This document shows positions 49,501 through 62,200 of a DNA stretch of 64,000 nucleotides, one piece after another. The position numbers and the translations under genes are program-made. Each line of letters starts with the position of its first letter. Positions within the stretch are counted from its first letter, which is position 1. The notes beneath the pieces are model-generated. The model had not been told where the DNA came from. It searched no databases and saw only the letters and a program-made list of their open reading frames with translations. The DNA lies in contig OZ024741.1 of assembly GCA_964016885.1 (NCBI GenBank), forward strand, positions 180,296,001 to 180,360,000, written 5' to 3'. Source of the DNA: Eledone cirrhosa. Taxonomy: Eukaryota.

Positions 49501-50072
49501 GGAATCGATGAAGGCAAAGTTGAATTTGACAGGATTTTATCTGAGTACCAATAGCTGGAACGAATACCACAATATATTCCATCCAATGTTCTAATGACTG
49601 TCAATTTTCTGTCCTTGTGCACATGCAGATTTTGAATTACATTGGTAGGTGGCAAATTTATTAGACAGTAGACCAAAATACCTTGGAGTGCTTTTCTTTT
49701 TTGCTCTCTGCACTCTGTTCAAATTCCACTGATGCCTACTTGTGTGAGAGACTTAATCCATTGTCCAGTTTAACACTCTCTTGGATATATTTAGAGGAAT
49801 ACGCACTGATGTCCAGTTTAACACCACCACCTAGCTCTTGGATACCTTTAGTGGAGTTCACTTTATTGCAAGCATTCAAACTAGGTCACATAGTTTGAAG
49901 ATACCTTCCTCCCATCTCCCTCTTTCCAACTAGTCTCAGAGGTACTAAAATGAGTCAAGGATAGTACCAATAGTAAAAAAAATGAAAAAGGAGAAAAAAC
50001 AATATAATACTGAAAAAAAAACAAAAAAAAACATAAATGCTTATTTAGAAAAGTTGTTTATAATGCTAAAAA

Positions 50073-50328
50073 TTATAAAATACAATCTTCTTCATTTTGT
50101 TCTGAATTTTCTCTGGAATGAGTCTCTAGAGCTTTAGATAGACGTTGACACATTACTTTAATCTGGTTGTTTGTCATGTGTTCAGCAGAAGCTATAGCAT
50201 TAGCTACAGCTATGGTATTTACTGTAGATACTGCTTTAATCCACACACGGCCATTCATGCCTATTGCAACTTCAAATTGAATATTTTTTCCCAATGACTT
50301 CAACAAAACACACTGAGGATTTAAAAGC
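50073..50328 (-). CDS. EXOSC3: EXOSC3 exon 4 (KH domain)
   Basis: Poly-T then ctAG acceptor; IGMNGRVW; TAA stop. Confidence 0.95.
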
Positions 50329-53300
50329 CTAGAAAAAAAAAAATGGAATGTCAAGAAAATGAAGAAAATCGTAATTGAACTTTAGTTTAACTCTTTAGCA
50401 TTTCATTACTCTATATATACTATAAATAATTCAAAATCATTTTTCCATGTAGAAAAGATTTTAAGTCAACTTACTTGCGTACAAGGTGGAGAGGACATGA
50501 AAACATGAATCCACCATCTCTGATGACACCCATTCCAGCAGATTTGCCTTGATTGTTGATGCAGACCAATTCTGATTCCATGTCTTTATTAGCAACCAAT
50601 ACTTTGCCATAAATTAAATCTCCAACCTACAAAGAACAAACAAATTCTTTTAGTGGTTTCACTCATTGAACTGAGGTGAGCCTACAGGTGGGGGTGAGGG
50701 AAATCAGAGATGTTCAACCCCTGCCAACAGAAAAGAAAACGAATGTGGAAACAATGATGATAATAATGACATCATGGGAAGGTATAATTAGACAAAGAGG
50801 TTAGTATTGGGCTTGAGAGGGAACAAGGTGATGAGAGGAAGAGAGACAGGAGAGTTTGGGTAGTGGTGGCATGTAACTAGGTAGCTCAGGAGGAGACATT
50901 TCTGAAAACTATATTTGGATTAAGTAACATATATTCTTTTCATCACTACAGTATTTTGCTAACCGAGACTTGGCTTGGAGCTCAGCATTGGAAGGTTATA
51001 AAACATTAGTCATTTATACAGTGTTCCCACTGCTTACAGTTGTAAACTGTACCTCTTCATGGTACCTATTTACAATTTGATAGACAGAGTAATTGAAAAT
51101 ATATTCACCACCAATAACATGGTATGAAATGTTCACTGTTTGACCAATATTAGTAAATTAGCACCATACCTACTTACCCTATATACTTAAATATAAGCCA
51201 ACAAATATATGATGAAAGAAAAAAAATTGATGGTAAAATGGGGGACCGGCTTATATTTAAAGTCAATGTTTTGCCGATTTTCATAAACTTCAAAATTCTA
51301 CATAAATGAGGTGCTACAATATTTTCACTTTGGAGATGAATATTACACCGGTTTCACTTTCAACATGAAATTCGTATTTCCTATTGTTTCAATGTTTTGA
51401 ATTATGGCCTTCAAAACGGTTGGAAATTGGTAAAAAAAAACTCATGACGTAATGGAGTTGAGAAACAAAAAAGTATACTCTTAACAACACTTAGAACATT
51501 TTAAATACCAAAATATTAAAACTTCATAAATATATCCTCCACTCATGGGAATTTCAAAACAGCACCATTTAAATATAATGTGTTGATTACTTGCCTACTA
51601 CTCAGACATAAAATAAGGGGTCGGCTTATATATGAGTATATACAGTAATTTTTATTTTACTGTTTAGTCAGGAAGGAGAGTATAAACATTAATTTTTATT
51701 TTACTGTTTAGTCAGGAAGGGGAGGGCAATGCCCATGAACACTTTTCAGAGCCTGCAAGCCTAATGGGAGAGAAAAGCAGTACTCATTACCCTTTTTAGG
51801 GCCTCTGAGCCAGGTGGGAGGGAGGTATCTTCAAGCTGGTGAACTGGTCCAAATGCTTGCAACACAAATGACTCTACTACTTCACTAAGGGCACCCAAGG
51901 GTGATTGATTAAATATACCAACTAAGGACCAGATGGTGATGTTAAGCTAGGCAACTAATTATCTTGACCAATTATAATTATAATTAAACAAACTTGTATC
52001 ATTTAAATTGATAGCAATTCACATATCAAAAGTTATTCATATGTGTCGATGAATTGAGAAACAGTTTAGAGTTAAAAGTCTATATATAGTCTTTGGTTCA
52101 TACGTGAATGAAATATTTCTCAATTTATTGAGTTCATTTAGTTGGTTTCTCTAGTAGTTGTAGGATTGAAATGAATTGTGTTAAAAAGTTAAACACAGAA
52201 AATAATTATATATAGATACAGATGTATGTATGAACCAGTAACTCCTAGTAGAGTTGTAAGGGTGAGTACCATTGTGATATACAGCATTTCTTGGGCTCTT
52301 TAAACCTGGCAAAACCTATCCCCTCTCCAGCTCTGAACATAGTCAATTTCTTCCAAAGAAGGAGAGAAGTAAGAAAGAGACATAAAAGAAAAATTGGCTC
52401 CAGCATTTAACCGGTAGGTTTTTTTATAGACCTCAAAAGAATGAAAAGCAGTTGACCTGAGGGGAATTTGAACTCAGAGTGAACAAAGCTGGAACAATTA
52501 CCACAAAGCATTCAATCTGATGTTCTAATGATTCTACCAATTTGACACTTTATAGATACAGATACACTATTATTATGGTCCATGATAGATTAACTAATTG
52601 GTTATGGATGTTAACATATCACACACAAAAACAAAAAAATCTTTTACTTACTTTTACATCAGGTCTGTTACGCTTGTTAGATCCTTCAAAAGACAGAAAT
52701 GACAATCCAGCCTGTTCATTACTACCAATATCCACTCTAAACACATCACCAGCTTTCATTGTGCAGATTCCAAGTACATGATCCCCTCGCACTGGTACAT
52801 ACTTCAAAATAACAAGCAAAAGTACACAAATCATTTATTAGTGAACAGAGGTATACAATAACGAAAGTATTAAAAATAATTGTTTCTACTTTTAGCACAA
52901 GGCCAGCAATTACCCAGTGCATTACTGGTACTTTATTTTATCGACCCCGTAAGGATGAAAGGCAAAGTTAACCTCGGCTGGATTTGAACTCAGATCATAC
53001 AGGGAGGTAACTCTATGCTTCAAAGAATGGCGTCCGACATAATAATTGTTTCTACTTTTAGCACAAGGCCAGCAATTACCCAATGCATTACTAATAATAA
53101 TAATAATTGTTTCTACTTTTGGCACAAGGCCAGCAATTACTCAGTACATTACTGGTACTTTAATAATAATAATAATAATAAATGGAGTAGACAAAGGTTC
53201 TGTAAGCCATAGTAAACAGCCCATCTAAGAGAGCTGTCACTCTAAATAGAAACTGATTACAGGGCAAAGAGGACCCTTAAGCCATGTTAGACAACCCTTC

Positions 53301-55025
53301 TAATGCTTGTAGTATGATAAATTGTACCCAGCCGACGCTATAGCGGATTTGGTGATAGGAAGAATAACCAGCTAGAAAGTCGCGGCGAAGAATTATGAAC
53401 AGCCCAACTTATATTCACCTAGCCCTTGCTATCAAGGAAAGCAGACGTTAAACAATGATGAGGAAAAAGGAAGAGAGAAAGATTAATGGAAAAAAAAAAG
53501 GGAAACGGGAAAGGAGGGGGGCGGAATCTACACTCTTGGCTTAGTGGAGAACAGCCAGCAATACTTACTGCATCAGCCATTCCACCATAAGGAGCTCTTC
53601 CTCAGTTAAGGATGCAATACTCCCAATTAAAATATTCAATTTAATAAATATGCTTTATTCTTCATAGCAAGTAGTATGTTGAAATAAATTGTATTTATTT
53701 TGAATCATATTAGGCGGAGGTCCAATATATATATATATATCAAAGTTGCACACGAAAAGAAAAGTGAAATACGTGGAACGAACAAACAAAAGCATGTACT
53801 TTTCTTATCAGTTAGCCGTTTGTCAATGCAATTCCATGCATAAAAGTGCTATCGCATAACATTGAGCCCAGCATGTACGGCGATTTGAGCAAGCCGTCGG
53901 AAAGCTGTATGTGTGATAACACGATAACATAAAGACGGGACAATGAAAGAGTGTCTTTCGACTAGGACGGCAGAGTGAGTACGTAAATAGAGTTATTAAG
54001 AGCACATTCTGTCTGTCCGTTCGCCATGCTCACTTTATATAGAGAGGGGGAGCACCAAGCAAGAGAATATGTACGTAGATAGAGAGAGAAAGGGGAATGC
54101 TGTGTGTTTTCGATGTGACAGAAAGTTACGACGTCACCCTCATCTAGTACAATAAAAAATGTTGCGACTGGAAAAAGGAAAGGATGAGGTTCAGACAACT
54201 TGTGAAAATGGTAACGCCAAAAGGAGGGAAATATTAATGGGATTTCGTCAAAAAAGAGAAGAGTTGTCGCGCTAGTAACTAAACAGTTAGTTAATCAAAG
54301 AGTTGATACAATCAACGAAACAGCCTACTCATCAAATTAACTTTTAAGTGGCTGAGCATTCCACAGATACATGGACTCTTAACGTGGTTCTCAGAAAGAT
54401 TTAGCGTGGCACAATGTGTAGCAAAGTTAGCTCCTTGAATCACAGATACAACTCAGCTTTGCCAGTTGAGTGAACAGAAGCAATGTAAAGTAAAGTGTCT
54501 TGCTGAAGGACATAACGTGTTGAACGATCGTGAGTCCAACCACGCGACGCGCCTTCACAAACGCACACGTGTGTATGTATATATACATATATGTCGCCAT
54601 ATTACATTACATTATACCTTACGATTGGCTTCTACAGTTACCGTCAACCAAATTCCACTCACATAGTATTAGTCAACCTGAAGCCATGGTAGAAGTCACT
54701 TACACAAGGTTCCACGAAGTGAGAACGAACCTGGATTCACATGATTGTGCAGCGAACCACTTAACCGCACATGTAATTCTAAAAATACGAAGTTGTTTAT
54801 TAATGCATGAGTACATACCCTGCGTTGGTGACAGTCAATCCAATAGGTGTTATGTTCTTTAAAACGAAGGATTCCAGGCTTTGTTACTAATACTTCTTTT
54901 TCTCGTACCCGTAATCCTGGTCCTAACATCACTTTATCGTCTTGTTCATTAACATCTTTCAAATCCTGTACAATTTCCCCGGGTAGGAATAATTGGTCAA
55001 TACTAGACAATATTTCGACGGCCAT
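50073..55025 (-). CDS. EXOSC3: Exosome complex component RRP40, join(complement 55025..54819, 52801..52652, 50626..50475, 50328..50073), 254 aa
   Basis: GT-AG introns with compatible phases. Motifs [35 protein letters not shown] and [13 protein letters not shown] are diagnostic of RRP40. Confidence 0.97.
50475..50626 (-). CDS. EXOSC3: EXOSC3 exon 3
   Basis: [22 protein letters not shown]; tttgtAG acceptor and GTAAGT donor. Confidence 0.95.
51177..51645. mobile_element. Tc1/mariner-pogo-type non-autonomous element
   Basis: TA-flanked imperfect TIRs ccctatatacttaaatataagccaac and gtcggcttatatatgagtatatacag. Confidence 0.55.
52652..52801 (-). CDS. EXOSC3: EXOSC3 exon 2 (S1 domain)
   Basis: [12 protein letters not shown]...[13 protein letters not shown]; AG acceptor and GTAAGT donor. 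Confidence 0.95.
52880..53160 (-). mobile_element. tRNA-derived SINE with two extra tandem copies of its 3' end
   Basis: SINE core at 52880-53040; the tail segment aattgtttctactttt.gcacaaggccagcaattac repeats at about 53045 and 53105. Confidence 0.75.
54819..55025 (-). CDS. EXOSC3: EXOSC3 exon 1
   Basis: ATG at 55025, LPGE..LGPGLR..TKPGIL..YWID motifs and GTATGT donor. Confidence 0.93.
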
Positions 55026-55619
55026 CTCGTTTCTAAGTAAAGCTAACACCACTAGTTTCCCATCTTTTCAACAACTATATCACACCAGACAGGTTTTTTA
55101 AGTAACTACTTTATGAAATTTTAAATAAAATGAATAATTTTATCACGTTTTTATTTTTACTTTTATCAGAGTGCTCTTATCAGAAATCAAACTTTCCACG
55201 ACTAACATTATGGTGTTAAGAAGACGAAGTTTTCTCGTCTTCTTAACTCATCACTTCAGACATTACTTTAGGTATCTAAAGTTTAGATAACTACTTCTTA
55301 GAATTTAAAACTGATAATAATGATAATTCATTTTATTGTTTGGGGTTTTACTAAAATTGTCAGAAATCTACTAAAGCTCGAATCAGTCAAACTTTGTTCG
55401 AAACTAAGCATTGATGGTTATATTATCAGGTTCATCAAGTCCCAAATGCTATTATAATTTAACGGTTCGTCTTCTGTATTTCTTTAAATTAACCATATTT
55501 TTATATATCATTATTTAAATCGGTTTACAGTAAAATTATACTAATTTGATGGATTGACCGCTAAATGTCACTAATTAATTTTTTTAATTTAAAATATACA
55601 CGTGCGTTTATGAAATCAG

Positions 55620-55950
55620 AAACAAGCAATATTCTATGCACAGCGGTGAAACTAAGAGACACCGCATCCCCGACCAAACAGAATAACATTCTAAAATGCC
55701 AGGAATTGTCGGCTAACTATTTTCTTCAGTCTGACGTTTGGAGCGCTTGCCCGTGACCACGAAGTTCTTGTGGTTAGCAGCTTGCCTTACGAAAGTTATT
55801 CTAGCATCTTAACCTCGCTGTTACCCGCTACACTGCTGTGAATGTGTTGGCTTGCAAAAAAAAACAAAATAAAATCAGGGGGAAACTCCAGCCCCACCCT
55901 GTTGTCACGCGTGATTAAGTGTTCGGCTCTCTTGCCACTTGTTTTCTCCT
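55620..55950 (+). mobile_element. Older, diverged 3' fragment of a CRE-like retrotransposon
   Basis: The translation SNILCTAVKLRDTASPTKQNNILKCQELSANYFLQ aligns by eye with SDILDAAVRTRATASAAEQNKTLKYSDLSASYIFQ of the downstream ORF. Bases 55800-55860 match that ORF's end. Confidence 0.7.
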
Positions 55951-56068
55951 ATTTATATAAATGTTATACATATTGAGTACGCTGAGATGCAACTGGTACT
56001 GGCAGGGAAACTTATGCTAGTCCCGTCAACTTCAACGGTAGAGTCTTAATTCTTACCTTGAAATTAGA

Positions 56069-56947
56069 ATGGTTATCTGTATCTCATTGACTAGTTCCAA
56101 CAGGGAGTTGGGTGAAGCTCTCCAGCAATGGAGTGCGTTGGGCTTGTCTCTTCCTGAGAAGGTAGAGGACAGTCGAAGTCAGAGAACTTGGGACAGCATA
56201 AGTTCGAAGGCCACCTTCGACTCTCTCTTCGTCCACTCAGATCAGTTTTCAAGGTGCCGCTTAATATCTGCCAGCGCCAAATACTCAGGCGACTGGGTTG
56301 ATGCTCTACCCGTGGCCAAAGTCGGTGGCTTACTCATCCTGGACGAACTTCGTGCTTCCAACGCCCTCAGAGTGGGAGCTGACGTCTGCATGGGTATGAG
56401 GTGCCAATGCGGCAAACTCCTCGACTCCACAGGCCTCCACGGTCTTTCTTGCCGCCTGATTGCCGGCCGCTTCGCGCGTCACACGGAGCTAAACCTCATT
56501 CTCAAGAGAGCTTTGGCCCGGGCGAACATCTCAATCTTAGAACCATCTGGGTTGTCCAGAAGTGACGGCAAAGGACCTGACGGCCTTACCCTGTGCCTCT
56601 GGTCGAGAGGCAGGTGCCTTGTCTGGGACGTCACTGTTAGTGATTCTTTTGCTCTTTCCGACATCCTGGATGCTGCGGTTAGGACGAGAGCCACAGCTTC
56701 CGCAGCCGAGCAGAATAAGACCCTCAAATACTCTGATCTGTCGGCCAGCTACATTTTTCAGCCTGTGGCTTTCGAGACGTTTGAGGGAGTCAGGCCGCTG
56801 TCTGCGAGGTTCCTCTCTTCACTGGCGGCTCGCCTAATAGAGGTAACTGGCGAATCTCGCGAGGGTGCTTGGTTGTTCCAGCGCATTAGCCTCGCCATCA
56901 CCCGAGGCAGCGCTGCGAGTGTGCTGGCTTGCCTCAAAAATCATTAG
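56069..56947 (+). mobile_element. 5'-truncated CRE-clade non-LTR retrotransposon: CCHC knuckle and restriction-like endonuclease ORF (292 aa)
   Basis: CQC..LHGLSC, RH..LN, LEP.GL...DGKGPDG, WDVTV, AE..K..KY, FQPVAFET and FQRISLAI.RG are typical CRE/RLE C-terminal motifs; there is no RT domain. Confidence 0.85.
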
Positions 56948-59120
56948 AGAGGTTGCCCAGTACCCCTCGCTGCAGTCTTTTGCTCTGGTGTTGGCTCAGT
57001 TGTTCACCCCTTCCTTTTCATTTTGTTTAATATTGTAACATTAAAAGAATATATCTTTCTGAAAGAATCGCGAGCAATTTATAATGTTATCTAAGCATTT
57101 GTAATGTTATTTATGTATATATTTAAAACATATGTGTTATGTTATTCTACTGTACATTTATTTATATGCTCTGTTTATATTTTCATTCTGAAAGAATTGC
57201 AAACGATTTGTAATGTTATTTTACCTATTCAAATATAAAACATTTATTTCGTGACTACATAGTACTCGTCCATCAGTTTAGTCTCACTTGATAATGCCAA
57301 CCTGTGTCTGGGTTTCATGATATTTCTATTTTTCCTGTAATAAATATAGACAACTACATGACTAAATCACACCCTACCGTCTTAAATAGGGATATATAAC
57401 TACAAAACACTCTATAAAATAATGAGTGTATCAAAGTTATCATAGTTACTTTTAATTTCGTCAAATAATCATAATCTACACTTTCGAAAATATCTCCCAA
57501 TGCAAAACTTCATTTTAAAATATTCTTTTAAAAAATTATGAGGTAAGAAAGTCGAGGTGGGAAATACTAAACTATAGTTATACTGCCTCTACGTGGTTGC
57601 TCAACACTCTAGAAATAGCAGCCAAATTCCACACTATTCTTAAATAGGGGAACGACTCATTTCCTAGACATATCCCATCAAAAAGATGAGGTGATCATGG
57701 CTTGAATGTTTTAGATCATAGGTTTGCTTGATCAAGATTGATGTGAATCTAACCAACCACAACACCCTTAGTAGCACTTTATATGTACAGGGGTGTTTTA
57801 TGATAGCTCTATATATGTACATTTGTAGATTGTGGTAGATAACACCTCAAGTGTCTTCATAGTGGGCACAACATGGCTGAATGGTTAAGAGGTTTGTTTC
57901 ACAATGATCAGGGTTTAAGTTTGATCCCATTGCATGGCATTTTGGGCAAGTGTCTTTTACCATACCCTTAGACCAACCCATGCCTTGTGAAATTAATTTG
58001 GCACTTGAAAACTGTTTGGAAGCCTGTCAAGTGGACTCTACCTGTAATTCAAAGGGTCTATCTTGTTATGCCCTATGTCATTCTCAATCCCCTTGAAAAT
58101 TATTTCAAATTAAGGGTGTATATGTCTGGATTACTCAGCCACTTACACGTTAATTTTTTGAGCAGGTCATTTTATTGATTAAAGAACTGGATGTACCTTT
58201 AATGTAACCCTCAGACAGAATCAGCATAACACTCATGGTTATGATAAAAACATTTACTCAAGTTGTTGTGCAGGGTAATCAAAACCAGAACTTATGATTT
58301 CAAAGCCAACTTCTTAACCATTCATCCATGCTATCTTTAATTATTATTTATAATCAAGCACAGCTTGGACTTCTTAATTAAAAAAGGAAAAAAAGAGGAA
58401 AGTAGCCAATCATTATTTCAGATCAAATTCCCACCAGTCCTTAAGGCCCTGAAAAGGGATATGGTCACTGCCCTTCTTTCCTGTCTTAACAATAAAAAAG
58501 ACCTTCATAAAGTAGTATAGCTCATTGCATTTCATAGTGCAGTAACTGGGCTATTCTTATTCACAATCCAGATAGGTGATATACACAGCCATAATTTAGA
58601 CCAGGCATGGGCAAATTTTTTTTAACAATGGTTTGCATAAAATATAGCTTATTATAAGTGAGCTGCACTACTAGAAAATTTATGGTGACTTTCCATTAAA
58701 TGCGCCATACTGAAAGTGAAATAAGCTGCAGTTTCTCCATTACTGGCTTAGATCTATTCCACTTTGCAGAAACTGGGAGATTTCTGCCAAATCAGACTAC
58801 CACTAGTTTCTTGAAATTTTCTGATTTTCATTAATGTTTAACAACTTTAAGGCAGTAGATTGGTATAGTCATTAGCATGTTAGATAAAATGCTTTGCAGT
58901 ATTTGCTCTGGCTCTTTAAATTCTAAGTTTAAATCCAGTTGAGATTAACATTGCTTTTCATCCTTCCAGAGTCAATAAAATAAAATACTAGTAAAATACT
59001 GGGATCTGTACAATCAACGTGTTCAAATTGTTGGCTTTGTGCCTAAATTAGAAAGCATTAATTATTAACTATATTAGCCATAAAATAACTCAGATCAATA
59101 ATTTATTTTTCAGTTGAAGA

Positions 59121-59282
59121 ATGAATGATGCCATTCCTGCTCTGCTACAGCATCATGAACACATTGTCACAGACAATCATATTTCACAACTTGTTGACTT
59201 CGTTTTGAAACATCAATGGATTTATGACTTTCAATTCACAAAATTCTTTGTGGAGGAAGTTTGGAAGAAAGCACCTGATGGA
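59121..59282 (+). CDS. METTL25-family coding exon 1
   Basis: Acceptor at 59113, ATG at 59121 and GTAAGT donor. Confidence 0.8.
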
Positions 59283-62200
59283 GTAAGTTCTGATATCTAA
59301 AATTTTTAACTCTTTAAAATGTGAGATTAGATAAATTATTTGTGCATATGGCTGTTGTTTAACTTTAGTTCTGTCCTGATAGATTAGAGCTGGAGGACAG
59401 GGCAATACTCATGGTTTTTGTATGTGCCCCAAGAGAAGTAAGATTGATGCTGCTGATGTTCCATTTAAACTGTTGATGACTTTAGGAAAGACGTGAGCAG
59501 AGATGGCGTTCCAGAGAGCCATCGTTCTGAAATAAGACCTAGTGCTTACTGTGGGGTCTGAGGGGCTAGACATAATATGAGCGATGAGAGGAGAAGAGAT
59601 GTATAAATCAGGAATGTTTGATAGATTGTGGCATGAGGCCAACCAGTTCCAAGGAGCAGAGACCATTATAGTAGCAATATATAAAGAGAATATATTAATT
59701 GCTTGTAGGCAATCATTCACTGCGTAAGTGTAATGTGATTTGAAAAAATATATCAGAATATCTATTTATTTATTTCATGCTCTGGTATGATAAGACTCCA
59801 CACATCTAAGAGGTCAGTAGTTCTGCTTAAGTACTGACTCTATGTGTGACAACCCATCCAACACTTGCTAGCAGGAAAAATGGGTGGTAATGATGATGAT
59901 AATGATGGTGATTGCTGTCTTGTAATAACCATTAATGACATTTACCAGCAATATATAGTTCCTATTCTGGGCAACTTGGAGAACTGAGATATGTAGAATT
60001 TAGTGCCCTGCTACAAAACTCAGCAAAACACTTGCAATGTGTTTTATCATATTGTGTAGTGTCATGGGTTATAGTGTTCTGCTATAGCCTTAGTTTAATC
60101 AATTCCTTATAAGTAAAAATTGGTAGATGGAAACTGTATGATAGCCCATCATATATATATGATCTACAGGATAAAGGTATCCAGTACATGCTGTAAAATG
60201 ATTGGTGATAGGAAGGGCATCCAGCCATAAAAAGCTTGCCAAACAAAGAGTTGGGAGGACCCTCCAGTTGTGTCCGAGACATAACAGCCTCTCAGGTACT
60301 GGTGCCACAATAAAATGCACTTGGTAGAATGCAGAATCATATGTAAGTGAGAAGCTGCAAACCCCCAACCTGTTTGGGAGGCCAGTGGCCCCACTTCAGT
60401 ATAGACCTGTCCAGCCTTGTTAGCAAGGAAAGTTAAATGATGATAGTGATATATATATAATTTTTCATTCATAATCCCACCCAACATCACAATAAAGGTA
60501 AATTATTACAACACACCAAAATCTACAATACAAAATACAATTACTCAGCTACAAAATCACAACATTTAACACAATATAACAATGCTCAACACACAAAATT
60601 ATCCACCAAATACTGTTTCCATACCTTTGTTTCACATTTAATACTGTAAGTGCAGGCAGTGGCATTTGTTGTGTCTCTTATAAATAGAAGTGTTGTAGTT
60701 CAGTGGTACAATGTGTGAAGGATTGTACCTTACTTAAAATACTAGTGGGCTTTAGCACCAGGAAATGCATTTGACTGTAAAATAGTGTCTCAGAAAGTCT
60801 TGTCCAAGCTATGCTAGGATGGAAAAACAGACATGAAAATGATAAAAATGATACATGAGTTGTTAATCCTACATGTATTTAAATCAGTTTTTAAAAAAAG
60901 GAAAATTTGTGTTAATCATTGCTTAATTTCATGTCTTAAAATTCTCCAAAATGTTTTTTGTCTCAATTTCTTCATTCTTTTGTAGTGGCTGGAATATTTG
61001 ACATCATTGTCAACTGAGCAACTTAAACAGCTTACAGGAGGAACAACAACAGTAAATATAACATTTAAGATAAATTTAATGTAGATATAGCTAAAACTTA
61101 TAAATTAAAAGCCTTTCTGAGAAAAGAATGAAATGCAAACACATTAACATGAGAGACTATCTCCATGTTTCAGAGCATATTTTCTCCTCATCATAAGATA
61201 ACTACCTCTATGACTCTGCCTACAGAGGGATCTTTATAGCATTGCTATATATGTAAAACAGGGTGTAAGATATAACTGAAATGGCCCATCTAATTTGGAT
61301 GATAACATAAATTATTAACCCTTTCATGACCATATTTCTAATGAAAGACAATTGGTTTTGTCCTGGACAGATTTTATGGGCAAAACCAACCGGCAGGAGA
61401 CCCAGGGGTAGACCTTGAGCAAGATGGTTGGATAACATCCATGAGCTTGGCTGGTCTCGCTTGGGGATCCAACAGGATCAGTTACAGGCGGTTGCTTCTG
61501 ACAGGACCCGCTGGAAGAAGTGTTTGAGGACTCTGCCTCCACGATCCTCTCAGGAATAAGTAGGCGAAGAAGAAGACACTACCAATGGTTTTCAAATTTT
61601 GAAAATGGACAAGAATTTGGAGGGAATTAGTAATATAACTTTGTCATTACTAAGTTGATGTTTAGAAGATGACTTAACAAAAGTTCTTAATTTAAAATTA
61701 TTAGGAAAGGTTTTTAGATAAATATAAGCACTTTAAAATGAATAGTTTTGTATTATAGCTTGCTATCAAAAGGGTTAAATAATTAAATGTTTATGTAGAA
61801 CTCAGTGTTGCTTCTGCTTTAGTCATTCTAAAAATATTCCACTGAGTGAATATTGGGGTTTTCTTCTTTTCTCGCTTATAATGTTGAAATGTAGTCTCCA
61901 CAAGAGGTATCACAAGCTACCCAAATATAAGGACTGTAATTCTGAATAAGAACTGATGCAGGGCACAAATGATTCATTATGAGTCTCTAACTCTTTCATT
62001 ACTGTATTTCTTCTGAAATACACAGACTATGCACATGGCTTAGTGGTTAGAGCATTGGGCTTGCAATCGAAAGGTTGTGAGTTCAATTCTTGGACCGGGT
62101 GATGTGTTGTTTCCTTGAGCAAGACTTTATTTCACATTGCTCCAGTTTACTCAGCTGTACAAATGAGATGATAGGACTGGGGTCCCTATCATTCCACTAC

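Noticed and set aside
54696-55052. Upstream GTG start and read-through extension of EXOSC3 exon 1 in the ORF track
   Set aside because: The ATG at 55025 and the GT donor at 54818 give the conserved protein; the rest is UTR or intron.
59409-59720. 103-aa minus-strand ORF inside the METTL25-like intron
   Set aside because: It resembles a decayed LINE C-terminus (RT..LWNAI...VFP), not a host gene; the family cannot be assigned confidently.
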